64,000 bases of DNA, taken from the NCBI GenBank assembly GCA_035354195.1, contig DAOQAT010000006.1:12842-76841 (forward strand), in the 5' to 3' direction. Below the pieces are notes generated by a model, which saw only the letters and a program-made list of their open reading frames with translations, did no database searches and had not been told where the DNA came from. This document shows, one piece after another, positions 39,034 through 47,688 of the stretch; the stretch's first letter is position 1, and the number at the start of each line of letters is the position of its first letter. Made by a program: the position numbers and the translations under genes. Source of the stretch: Bacteroidales bacterium (GTDB lineage Bacteria > Bacteroidota > Bacteroidia > Bacteroidales > CAIWKO01).

Positions 39034-39480
39034 CTAATCTTTCAACCGCACATCTGCATTTCCTTCCTGAACAGTCCAGCAAATGGAGTCACACACATAA
39101 TTCTCAATTTTTTTTACATTATCCCCACCGATACCATAAATGATTTTATCTCCTGAAACATAACGGGCAGAAACGGTATAATAATGATCCGGATCAAGCA
39201 AGGCCGAATATGTTGAAGTAGTTGCCGTATCAGTCAAAACAATTATATTGTCTTCAAATTTTCCCTGATAAATAGTGATCGGGACTTTAGGGTTTTCGTT
39301 ATTGATGGTAAGTTTGATATTCAAAGCCACCAGGCTTGGCTCTGAAGTATTACAGTCGGAATAATCATAGTTCGCACAGTCCTGGGAGTTGCTGAAATAG
39401 CTGTTTTGTTCGCAAGCCTGCATAAGAATAAGACAACTCAGCAAGATAAAATAGTGGAGCGTATTAAATGTTTTCATCAT
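39034..39480 (-). CDS. lipoprotein of unknown function (148 aa)
   Basis: Lipobox CLILMQAC. Its start overlaps the stop of the upstream ankyrin gene in an ATGA arrangement (39477-39480). Confidence 0.5.
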   Translation of the reverse strand: MMKTFNTLHYFILLSCLILMQACEQNSYFSNSQDCANYDYSDCNTSEPSLVALNIKLTINNENPKVPITIYQGKFEDNIIVLTDTATTSTYSALLDPDHYYTVSARYVSGDKIIYGIGGDNVKKIENYVCDSICWTVQEGNADVRLKD

Positions 39481-40769
39481 TCAGTCCAGTATATGTTTTT
39501 TTGAAGTTTGTTTTTTGATAAGTTGATAGAAAGGCCTGCTGTTATTGTTATCCAGTGGTTCATACCGTTGTAAATTCCCAGATCGCAGTATTCGTAAGCG
39601 GCTTTTAAAAACCATGTTTTAAACATGTAACTGTAACCGGCACCGGGTGTGAATACAAAACGGCCTTCAGGCTTTCGGCTGAGGCCCTGGTAAGAGCCAA
39701 AAGTATATAAGCCCCTGGCACGTATAAAAATTCCCTGACGGTGGTTGTTGTTTTTTGTTTTAAAACGGATCAGTTTTTCAGCGCCAAGGTATACATACCT
39801 TCGTTTTTCCCAAAGCTGCAGGTACTCATTTTCTGAAAGTGGTTCCAGTACCCGCTTTTGTGCCACCCGTCCGTTCAGGCCAAATTCAAAACTGAGATCG
39901 TATTTTGAATCATATATCCCAATGCCTGCACCCATGAAGTAGTCTTTGGTGCTGAAGGAACCAATATTATAATTCAATGTTAATTTGTTGAAAAACGGCC
40001 AGAAGGAGCCGTGCATCCCTAATTTTTTAAGCTTTTTTACAATCGGTTTTTGGTTATAAATCCTCGCATAATCAACCATGTTGATTGAAGGATGATCTTT
40101 GAAATAAGTTTTAAAGTCGGATTGATGCCTGATCAGGGTATCGGCCAGCAAGCCGTCGTTGTTCTGTATAGCCACTGTGAAAGGTGTAAACCCGGAGTAA
40201 TCTTTTGTATTAACATCAGCATTGTAGCTGCAAAGCAAGGATACAATGTCGGAATTACCGAAATAGGATGCAGCCAGTAAGGCATCCGTTCCATCCTGTG
40301 CCTTAATAACATGCTGTGCACCGTTTTTCAGCAGGTAGTCCACCATATCGTAGAGATTATATGAAGCGGCATACATTAACGCTGTGACCCCATATTCATC
40401 CGTTGCGTTGATATCAGCGCCATATACCAAAAGCAGGTAAACGATCTCCTGATAATTTTGCATGGCGGCGCTCATCAGAGCAGTACGCCCGTTGGCGGGT
40501 TTCAGGTTGGGGTCCGCCATATTATACAATAATATCTTTACGATCTCTGTAAAACCTTTTTCCGAGGCGTACATGAGTGCAGAAATACCTTCGTCGGTAG
40601 CGGCATTAACATCAGCACTGTCTGCAAGCAGTTGTGAAACCTCCTTGGCATCTCCTTTATAAACTGCCAGGAGTAATTTTTTGTTTACATCTGCCTGCTC
40701 CTGCGCATGAAGTATTTGGAATGAAAATATTAAAAATACTAAGAAAAAAAAACGATAGGTGATTTTCAT
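39477..40769 (-). CDS. exported ankyrin-repeat protein with a C-terminal beta-barrel-like domain
   Basis: Signal peptide MKITYRFFFLVFLIFSFQILHAQ. At least 5 ANK repeats (GISALMYASEKGFTEIVKILL, GRTALMSAAMQNYQEIVYLLL, GVTALMYAASYNLYDMVDYLL, ...). The last ~180 aa show an alternating hydrophobic/aromatic pattern. Confidence 0.75.
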   Translation of the reverse strand: MKITYRFFFLVFLIFSFQILHAQEQADVNKKLLLAVYKGDAKEVSQLLADSADVNAATDEGISALMYASEKGFTEIVKILLYNMADPNLKPANGRTALMSAAMQNYQEIVYLLLVYGADINATDEYGVTALMYAASYNLYDMVDYLLKNGAQHVIKAQDGTDALLAASYFGNSDIVSLLCSYNADVNTKDYSGFTPFTVAIQNNDGLLADTLIRHQSDFKTYFKDHPSINMVDYARIYNQKPIVKKLKKLGMHGSFWPFFNKLTLNYNIGSFSTKDYFMGAGIGIYDSKYDLSFEFGLNGRVAQKRVLEPLSENEYLQLWEKRRYVYLGAEKLIRFKTKNNNHRQGIFIRARGLYTFGSYQGLSRKPEGRFVFTPGAGYSYMFKTWFLKAAYEYCDLGIYNGMNHWITITAGLSINLSKNKLQKNIYWTE

Positions 40770-40839
40770 AAAAAGGAAAATGTGGTTACATTTGTTATTA
40801 TCATGAAATAACTAAACTCAAAATTATAAATTTAATTAT

Positions 40840-40847
40840 TAATTTTG
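40840..40847 (+). promoter_or_regulatory. -7 promoter box TAATTTTG upstream of fabG
   Basis: Matches TAnnTTTG, 15 nt upstream of the ATG at 40862. Confidence 0.45.
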
Positions 40848-40861
40848 ATAAAAAATTGACT

Positions 40862-41608
40862 ATGAAACTACTTGACGGAAAAACAGCCTTAATTACAGGC
40901 GCCTCCAGGGGGATCGGAAAAGCAATCGCCCTTGCCTTTGCCAACAACGGATGTAACATTGCATTTACAGACCTGTTTTACGATGAATCCATGACAAAAT
41001 TGGAAAAAGAACTACTCGAAATTGGAGTAAAAGCAAAAGGTTATGCTTCTGATGCAAGCTCCTTTACGAAGAGCGAAGAAACAGTAAACCAGATCATCAG
41101 CGACTTTGCTGTCATTGACATTCTTGTTAATAATGCAGGCATAACCCGTGATAATTTATTACTCAGAATGAACGAAGCCGATTGGGATATGGTGATAAAT
41201 ATCAATCTGAAATCGGTGTTCAACCTTACTAAAGCATGCCAGAAGATCATGTTAAAACAACGATTCGGATCGATCATTAATATGAGCTCTGTGGTAGGAG
41301 TGAGCGGTAATGCCGGGCAGTCAAACTATTCGGCATCCAAGGCTGGAATTATCGGCTTTACAAAATCTATAGCCAAAGAACTGGGGTCACGTAATATCCG
41401 TTGCAATGCCATCGCACCGGGATTTATAGAAACAGAGATGACTCATAAAATTCCTGAAGAAGCCAGAATAAAATGGCTCAATGATATTCCGTTGAAACGC
41501 CCGGGGACACCTGTTGATGTTGCTAATGCGGCTTTGTTCCTAGCATCTGACTTGTCTTCTTATGTGAACGGACAGGTGATCAATGTCTGTGGAGGAATGA
41601 ATACCTAA
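40862..41608 (+). CDS. fabG: 3-oxoacyl-ACP reductase
   Basis: TGASRGIGKA, NNAGIT and YSASKAG (SDR catalytic YxxxK). ATG at 40862 preferred to the TTG at 40856. Confidence 0.9.
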   Translation: MKLLDGKTALITGASRGIGKAIALAFANNGCNIAFTDLFYDESMTKLEKELLEIGVKAKGYASDASSFTKSEETVNQIISDFAVIDILVNNAGITRDNLLLRMNEADWDMVININLKSVFNLTKACQKIMLKQRFGSIINMSSVVGVSGNAGQSNYSASKAGIIGFTKSIAKELGSRNIRCNAIAPGFIETEMTHKIPEEARIKWLNDIPLKRPGTPVDVANAALFLASDLSSYVNGQVINVCGGMNT

Positions 41609-41654
41609 TCTTTGTAATAGTTCCTGAAAAAAAAGCGGATCCGCTGGAAATGGT

Positions 41655-42695
41655 TTAGTATAAGCTTTTGTTGGCTTTGGTAAACAAGGGCGTGATGTAC
41701 CTCAGGGAGACTTCCAGTCCTCCTGCGCTCTTGCTTGCTGCAGCCAGCTTCGATGTGTTGACATCATAACTTAATGAAAGCAGGAAATTCCGCCATTCTA
41801 ACTGTCCGGAAACGATGAATGCATCTTTCAGACGATAGTACACACCTAATGCAACTGCCGTTTCTGATATAAAGCTCGTATATTTTGACGGATCGTTAAG
41901 CCTGTATCTGAATAAGGACCCAAAGATCACTTCGTTGGACGGGCCCTGCATAAACCATGCAGCAGTCGGTACCAAGGCAAAGTTGGAATTTGAAAAACCA
42001 ATAAAAGAATTTGCATGTACGGTTAATTTCATTTTCATCTTGTTGGATGAAATATCAGAAAATGTTTGCTTAGGCCTGTTCAAATGCATAAGTGAAACTC
42101 CCACACTTACTTTTTTAGAATCATTGGCAGATAAAGTAGTGGCGTTGGAATTATAGGACCAAAGCAATCCGGCTCCTATGTCTCCATAAAATAAACTATT
42201 AAAAGACATAGTTTCGTTTGTAGGTAATGACGGATTATAACCGTCGGTATAGCTGGGATCGTATTGACTGTCCCAATGCATGGTACCCATGTTTACTCTT
42301 TTTTGGGCAAAGCCGCCCTGTATAGCTGCGGTAAGTACATTAAACCTGTTTAGAGGTAAATGATAGGCCACTGAAATATTTACCATGGTTTGCCCCATTT
42401 TATTGTCACCCGCCTGATCATTGAAAAGCTGAAACCCAAGGCCAAGAACACCTCCATTGAGCTTTCCTTTTAATATGCCTGCATCATATGAGAGCCCATA
42501 CGTAGTATATGAACGGGAAACACTTTTCCATTGGCTTTTGTAATTCGCAATAATCCGGTGATCGGCATTAAATGCTCCAGCCAGTGCAGGGTTTAACGAT
42601 AAGGGGGCGTAGTTAAACTGTGAAAAATGTATGTCCTGTCCAATCACAAAATAAGAACTTAAAATAAGTCCGGTAAGTATTAATATTTTTTTCAT
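41655..42695 (-). CDS. PorP/SprF family type IX secretion system membrane protein (copy 2)
   Basis: QDIHFSQFNYAPLSLNPALAGAF...HRIIANYKSQW, ending GGLEVSLRY. This is the classic PorP/SprF N-terminal signature. Confidence 0.85.
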   Translation of the reverse strand: MKKILILTGLILSSYFVIGQDIHFSQFNYAPLSLNPALAGAFNADHRIIANYKSQWKSVSRSYTTYGLSYDAGILKGKLNGGVLGLGFQLFNDQAGDNKMGQTMVNISVAYHLPLNRFNVLTAAIQGGFAQKRVNMGTMHWDSQYDPSYTDGYNPSLPTNETMSFNSLFYGDIGAGLLWSYNSNATTLSANDSKKVSVGVSLMHLNRPKQTFSDISSNKMKMKLTVHANSFIGFSNSNFALVPTAAWFMQGPSNEVIFGSLFRYRLNDPSKYTSFISETAVALGVYYRLKDAFIVSGQLEWRNFLLSLSYDVNTSKLAAASKSAGGLEVSLRYITPLFTKANKSLY

Positions 42696-42715
42696 TTTTA
42701 CAAGTGATTGTTATA

Positions 42716-43771
42716 TTAATAAAGGTTTTTGTTACCTGCCGTAGCTACTGTCGGAGAATATCTTAATGACACTTCAAAGCCCCCCGATCCATTACTTACA
42801 TTAGAAAATTTAGAGATGTTGATATCATAGCTTAATCCGAGTAAAAAGTTTTTCCAGTCAAGCTGTGCCATTAAAACCACGGCATCACCAACCCTATAAA
42901 AGCCGCCAATGCTGATAAAAGTTTCCGGATTGAATTTGGTGTAATAAGAGCTATTACCCAACCTGTATGAGAAAAGGCTGCCCAATAATATATCATAGGC
43001 CTCTCCCTGTATGAAAGCAACTCCGGACGGCTGGAGTGAAAACTTACTGCCCTTAAAACCGATGGAAGAATTGACATGGAATGCGAATTTCATCCGTTCC
43101 CTAAAAGTGTTATCGTTTCCGATTGGATAATAGTAATAAGTCTGCCTTGGGCGGTTGATATGAAAAATGGCTAATCCTGCCGTAACTTTTTTTGTTTCCG
43201 GAGTATTAACAGTTGACTGCTTTGAATTGTAATGCCAAAGTATACCTGCGGAAAAATCACCATAATCAATATTTACAAAAGGCGAGGATTCATTAGTTGG
43301 GAGTGATGGGTTGTAGCCACCGGGGGAAAACGGATCGTACTGGCTCCCGTATATCATCTTTGAAACCGTTGTCCTGCGCTGTCCCCAACCGGTTTGAAGC
43401 CCCACCGCAAGCATATTATTGGCGTTAATACCCAGATGATAAGCCGCTGTCAGCTTTACTTCTGTGACCCCTAAATTTACATCGCCGGACTGGTCGTTGA
43501 ACACCTGGAGCCCGACAGCTAAAAAGCTGGATTTGAGTTTTTTCTTTAAAAAACCAACATCATACGATAAACCATAGGTCATGTATGCTTTTGTGACCAA
43601 TTTCCATTGGCTGCGGTAATTCGCAATGATCCTATGGTTACCCGCAAAAGCTCCGGTTAGCGCCGGGTTTGTCTGCATGGGTGTATTGTTGAACTGCGAA
43701 AAATGCATGTCCTGGGCCGAAACAGTATAAGAAATAACAATAATGATAAGTGTATGTATAATTTTTTTCAT
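42716..43771 (-). CDS. PorP/SprF family type IX secretion system membrane protein (copy 1)
   Basis: QDMHFSQFNNTPMQTNPALTGAF...HRIIANYRSQW, ending GGFEVSLRY. A tandem paralog of the downstream gene. Confidence 0.85.
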   Translation of the reverse strand: MKKIIHTLIIIVISYTVSAQDMHFSQFNNTPMQTNPALTGAFAGNHRIIANYRSQWKLVTKAYMTYGLSYDVGFLKKKLKSSFLAVGLQVFNDQSGDVNLGVTEVKLTAAYHLGINANNMLAVGLQTGWGQRRTTVSKMIYGSQYDPFSPGGYNPSLPTNESSPFVNIDYGDFSAGILWHYNSKQSTVNTPETKKVTAGLAIFHINRPRQTYYYYPIGNDNTFRERMKFAFHVNSSIGFKGSKFSLQPSGVAFIQGEAYDILLGSLFSYRLGNSSYYTKFNPETFISIGGFYRVGDAVVLMAQLDWKNFLLGLSYDINISKFSNVSNGSGGFEVSLRYSPTVATAGNKNLY

Positions 43772-43781
43772 AAATGCTGAT

Positions 43782-44435
43782 TTATCGGATTAATGTGAAA
43801 TTCCCCTTTATCCTGTCCACTTCACCATCTCTGTAAATGACATCAATGTAATAAATATAGGTTCCCTGTTCAGCCTTCTGGCCATTAATTTCTCCGTTCC
43901 ATTCTGATTGTCCGTCGGTGGTCTCAAATACTTTTTTTCCCCAACGGTCGTAAATATACATGTGAAAATCTTTCAAATTGGTGCTTCTTACAATCAGGAC
44001 GTCATTGGCCCCGTCTTCGTTGGGAGTGAAAATATTAGGTATAAAAACATAGTTCTCAGCACAAACTTCTTCAACAGTGATATAATCGGTTATAACAAGC
44101 GTGTCATTACCGCTGGCATTTCCTACGATCAAGGTCACATCATAGTTACCCGGATTATTGTATAAAATACTTGGGGGCGTGTTTAACGTATCCGTCTCAG
44201 GAGTCCCGCCTTCAAATATCCAAATGCACGAGTTGGTGTTGTGACCGGTTGATAAATTTGTAAAAGTCACAAATTGTCCCGGGCAAATGACCGTATCGCT
44301 GGTTGCGAAATTTGCAACCGGTAAAACTTTTGTGTTTATCTTAGGGCCTTCATTGCCTTGTTTTTCATTCTGGGCAAAAATACCCCGGCTGAAAAATAAT
44401 ACGAAAACCAGCTGTAACAGTAATACTTTTTTCAT
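43782..44435 (-). CDS. small PKD-domain protein with a T9SS type-B (gliding-motility-associated) C-terminal domain
   Basis: Signal peptide MKKVLLLQLVFVLFFSRGIFAQ. One PKD-like domain (ANFATSDTVICPGQFVTFTNLS...GNYDVTLIV). CTD is IPNIFTPNEDGANDVL...YDRWGKKVFE...WNGEINGQKAEQGTYIYYI...GNFTLIR. Start at 44435 preferred over 44477. Confidence 0.85.
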   Translation of the reverse strand: MKKVLLLQLVFVLFFSRGIFAQNEKQGNEGPKINTKVLPVANFATSDTVICPGQFVTFTNLSTGHNTNSCIWIFEGGTPETDTLNTPPSILYNNPGNYDVTLIVGNASGNDTLVITDYITVEEVCAENYVFIPNIFTPNEDGANDVLIVRSTNLKDFHMYIYDRWGKKVFETTDGQSEWNGEINGQKAEQGTYIYYIDVIYRDGEVDRIKGNFTLIR

Positions 44436-44588
44436 ACAAATAGTAGTAAATTTCTTCCTGATAATTTTCTGAATCAAAGATAGAAAAAAATATATTAGTT
44501 ACACAAACATTATTGTATCAATTTTTTTAAATGATATTTAAATACATAAGTCTGAATGGTTGAACGAACAGCGTGTGCATTTTTTTTA

Positions 44589-44596
44589 TATTTTTG
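44589..44596 (+). promoter_or_regulatory. -7 promoter box TATTTTTG upstream of cdaA
   Basis: Matches TAnnTTTG, 48-63 nt upstream of the candidate starts. Confidence 0.4.
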
Positions 44597-44643
44597 CTTT
44601 TGATTTAAAACAAGTTTTGATAACAATCTCTGCTTTTATTTAA

Positions 44644-45447
44644 TTGATAGCTGGTCTTATGTTGCTGTTTATTGCTGATTTTCTTTCGTTCCAGATTACC
44701 GATGTCATTGATATTTTATTGGTGGCCTTGTTGCTTTATCAGATCTACCGGCTGATGAAAGGGACTGCTGCTATCAATATTTTTATCGGTATCGTTTCGA
44801 TATATTTTGTTTGGAAACTTGTCAATTTGCTCCAGCTGAATTTGCTTTCTGAAATTCTCGGACAGTTTGTGAGTGTGGGCGTTATAGCGCTGATTGTAGT
44901 TTTTCAGCGTGAAATCCGCCAGTTTTTATTGTTGCTTGGCTCCCCGCGTTTTTTGTCCCGCCGGCAAAAGTGGTTGGCATTCTGGAAACTCAATGTACAG
45001 CAAAGCGGCATTATTAATCTCGACCATATTGTAAAAGTTTGTGAAACATTTGCATCATCGAGGACAGGGGCCTTAATCGTGATTTCAAAAAGAAGTAACC
45101 TTGATGAATATGTGAATACCGGCGAGTTGATTGATGCCAGGATCTCAGAGCAACTTATTGAAAATATCTTTTATAAAAACAGCCCGTTGCATGATGGGGC
45201 CATTATTATTTCAGGAAACCGCATCGTTGCTGCCAGATGTGTGTTGCCGCTGACGCGAAATGAAAAATTCCCCAACACATTGGGCTTGAGGCACAGGGCG
45301 GCTGTTGGTATTTCCGAAATTACGGATTCCATTACCATTGTGGTCTCTGAGCAAACCGGACATATTTCATACACCAAAAACGGAACACTTTACGCTAATA
45401 TCAAAGCGGAAGCATTAAAGGTTTTTCTCGAATTGGAATATGCCTGA
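44644..45447 (+). CDS. cdaA: diadenylate cyclase (c-di-AMP synthase), membrane-anchored
   Basis: Three N-terminal TM helices. DAC domain motifs GALIVI, PLHDGAIII and GLRHRAAVGISE. The start is uncertain: TTG at 44644 or ATG at 44659. Confidence 0.85.
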   Translation: MIAGLMLLFIADFLSFQITDVIDILLVALLLYQIYRLMKGTAAINIFIGIVSIYFVWKLVNLLQLNLLSEILGQFVSVGVIALIVVFQREIRQFLLLLGSPRFLSRRQKWLAFWKLNVQQSGIINLDHIVKVCETFASSRTGALIVISKRSNLDEYVNTGELIDARISEQLIENIFYKNSPLHDGAIIISGNRIVAARCVLPLTRNEKFPNTLGLRHRAAVGISEITDSITIVVSEQTGHISYTKNGTLYANIKAEALKVFLELEYA

Positions 45448-45458
45448 TAGGGATAGCT

Positions 45459-45923
45459 TCATTCCAACCGTATCAGTTTCAGGATTTTTTCAAGATAATA
45501 CGCATCAGTTTCATCAAATGAATTGATTTCCTTGCTGTCAACATCCAATACTGCCACGGTATCTCCCAGTCTGTTGTGAAGTGGCACCACAATTTCTGAT
45601 TTTGACCTTGAGTCGCAGGCAATGTGTCCGGGAAAGGCATGAACATCAGGGACAATAATGGTTTTGTTTTGGTTCACTGCCGCCCAGCAAACGCCGGTAT
45701 TTTTTGGAAGCAGCTGGCAGGCCAGCGGGCCCTGGTAAGTGACAACAATCAGATTTTCCGGTTCAACCCGGTAAAACCCGCACCAAAAGAAATAGGTTAA
45801 TTTATGATAAAGGACAGCCGAAATGGTGGCCATTTGAGCGTTAATGTCGTCAGTTTTGCCCAATAGATCAGAAAGTTGCTTATAGAGGCGTTCGTAACGA
45901 AGGGATTTTGAATTTTCTTTCAT
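45459..45923 (-). CDS. msrC: GAF-domain free methionine-(R)-sulfoxide reductase-like protein
   Basis: WCGFY...YQGPLACQLLPKNTGVCWAA...VPDVHAFPGHIACDSRSKSEIVVPL...VLDVDS follows the YebR/MsrC pattern closely. Confidence 0.75.
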   Translation of the reverse strand: MKENSKSLRYERLYKQLSDLLGKTDDINAQMATISAVLYHKLTYFFWCGFYRVEPENLIVVTYQGPLACQLLPKNTGVCWAAVNQNKTIIVPDVHAFPGHIACDSRSKSEIVVPLHNRLGDTVAVLDVDSKEINSFDETDAYYLEKILKLIRLE

Positions 45924-45940
45924 AATGTGGATGTTTAAAT

Positions 45941-45978
45941 AAAAAAACCGTTTCCGAACGGCAGAAACGGTCTTTTTA
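45941..45978 (-). terminator. rho-independent terminator (usable in both directions) downstream of the TPR lipoprotein gene
   Basis: AAAAAAA-ACCGTTTC-cgaacggca-GAAACGGT-CTTTTTA. The minus strand has an 8-bp stem followed by TTTTTTT. Confidence 0.7.
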
Positions 45979-45998
45979 TAATAGGATTCACCTGATAA

Positions 45999-46553
45999 TT
46001 ATTTTTTCTTTTCAGCAAGAGCTGCAGAATCCGACTTTTGTTTCATTTTCAATTCAATTTCTTTAACGATTTGTTCGGGAGTCTTTCCAAGGTTATCAAT
46101 GGAAATCATGGCGTCGTCGGCAAGGTCATGTTTTGGAAATTTCTGAAGAAAATCGGTATAGGCGGTCCGTGCTTTACTGATATTTTTGATATTATTATCA
46201 TAAATAAAAGCTTTGAGGAAATAAGTTTCCGGTAGTTTGGAATAGCCTTGATAATCTTTAATGACACGGTCCAGCAACGTTATGGCTTCTTCATTCTGGG
46301 CAACGCTCATCTGAAGGCTGGCGGCGCGGTATAAATATTCGGGAGCCAGCGAATCTTTTGAATGCTTATCGGCAAATTTCAAATAAAGGGCAACCATTTC
46401 ATTTACCTTGGTTTTGTCGGGAATGGGATTATCTGCGGTAAATAACGTCTTTTCCTTTTCGGTGATTTCTTTTATCATTTTTTCCCTCGATTGTGTACAA
46501 CCGGCAAGAAGTACCCCAATAATAATGCAGCTGATAAGTTTAATTGTTCTCAT
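45999..46553 (-). CDS. TPR-like lipoprotein
   Basis: Lipobox GVLLAGC. Helical repeat content (YLYRAASLQMSVAQNEEAITLLDRVIKDY, AFIYDNNIKNISKARTAYTDFLQKFP). Confidence 0.55.
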   Translation of the reverse strand: MRTIKLISCIIIGVLLAGCTQSREKMIKEITEKEKTLFTADNPIPDKTKVNEMVALYLKFADKHSKDSLAPEYLYRAASLQMSVAQNEEAITLLDRVIKDYQGYSKLPETYFLKAFIYDNNIKNISKARTAYTDFLQKFPKHDLADDAMISIDNLGKTPEQIVKEIELKMKQKSDSAALAEKKK

Positions 46554-46568
46554 ATGGATGGAATTTTT

Positions 46569-47141
46569 TTAGTTAATATGTTTCTTTTGTGACGGAAATA
46601 TCATTTTATATTTTGGCTTGATCACCCCTTTAGAGATGTCGGTAAGTTTGCGTTTGATGATCATCTTTTTCAGGGAACTCAGGCGGTCCACAAATAAAAT
46701 ACCTTCTGTATGATCGTATTCATGCTGGATGACACGGGAGCGGATGCCTGAAAAAGTTTCGGAATGAAAAACAAAATTTTCATCGTAATAGTCAATCTGG
46801 ATGGTTTCGCATCTCATAACATCTTCCCTTACTTCAGGTACACAGAGGCAACCTTCGTTAAAGGCCCATTCTTTACCGCTGGATTCGTTGATTACCGCAT
46901 TGATAAATACACGTTTGAAGCCTTTGCCATCCGGATAATCTTCAGCAAAAGGGCTGGTGTCGACAACAAAGAGCCGTATATTAAGTCCTACCTGAGGTGC
47001 GGCAAGGCCCACGCCAACAGAGGCGTACATGGTTTCAAACATATCGTCGATAAGTTTTTTTAAATCAGGATAATCAGGCTCAATGTTCACTGATTTTTTT
47101 CGCAGGGAAGGAGTCCCGTAAGCAAGAATCGGAAGTTTCAT
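46569..47141 (-). CDS. def: peptide deformylase (canonical cytoplasmic copy)
   Basis: GVGLAAPQVG, EGCLCVPE and HEYDHTEG. No signal peptide. Confidence 0.9.
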   Translation of the reverse strand: MKLPILAYGTPSLRKKSVNIEPDYPDLKKLIDDMFETMYASVGVGLAAPQVGLNIRLFVVDTSPFAEDYPDGKGFKRVFINAVINESSGKEWAFNEGCLCVPEVREDVMRCETIQIDYYDENFVFHSETFSGIRSRVIQHEYDHTEGILFVDRLSSLKKMIIKRKLTDISKGVIKPKYKMIFPSQKKHIN

Positions 47142-47144
47142 AAG

Positions 47145-47561
47145 TTAATGGTGTAAGGTTTCCATGTATGATTGTAAAATTATGGTGGCGCTTATGGTGT
47201 CTACCAAAGCTTTGTCGCGGCGTTTTTTCTTACTGATACCCGAATCTATCATGGTTTGAAAAGCCATTTTGGAAGTGAAACGTTCATCGAGGCGGATTAT
47301 TGGAATTTTCGGATATTGTTTCTGAAAATTTTTCACAAATGGCCCGATAAATTTTTCGGATTCCGATTCGGTATTGTTCATTTGCATGGGCTTGCCGATA
47401 ATAACAAGTTCTATTTTTTCTTTATTAAAATAATCTTTTAAAAACGGCATCAATTCAGCTGTGCCTACAGTGGTAAGAGAGTTGGCAATAATCTTAAGTT
47501 CATCGGTTACTGCAAGCCCGCATCTTTTTTGTCCGTAATCAATAGCTAAAATTCGTCCCAT
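47145..47561 (-). CDS. ruvX: Holliday junction resolvase-like / pre-16S rRNA nuclease
   Basis: MGRILAIDYGQKRCGLAVTD N-terminus and DERFTS motif. ATG at 47561 chosen. Confidence 0.85.
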   Translation of the reverse strand: MGRILAIDYGQKRCGLAVTDELKIIANSLTTVGTAELMPFLKDYFNKEKIELVIIGKPMQMNNTESESEKFIGPFVKNFQKQYPKIPIIRLDERFTSKMAFQTMIDSGISKKKRRDKALVDTISATIILQSYMETLHH

Positions 47562-47655
47562 AATAATAATGACCGCAAAGTTACAAATTTTGACACAAAC
47601 TCTTAATGAAACCAATGATTTGTTTATAATAACATGATCATAAATGTATTTTTTT

Positions 47656-47663
47656 TAACTTTG
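47656..47663 (+). promoter_or_regulatory. -7 promoter box TAACTTTG upstream of dapD
   Basis: Matches TAnnTTTG, 26 nt upstream of the ATG at 47689. Confidence 0.45.
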
Positions 47664-47688
47664 ACCACTTGCTAAAAAACACCTAAAT

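Noticed and set aside
41622-41640. AAAAAAAAGCGGATCCGCTGG between convergent fabG and the PorP gene, considered as a terminator
   Set aside because: The palindrome AGCGGATCCGCT has no loop, so only a 4-bp stem is possible. That is too weak to call, although a role cannot be excluded.
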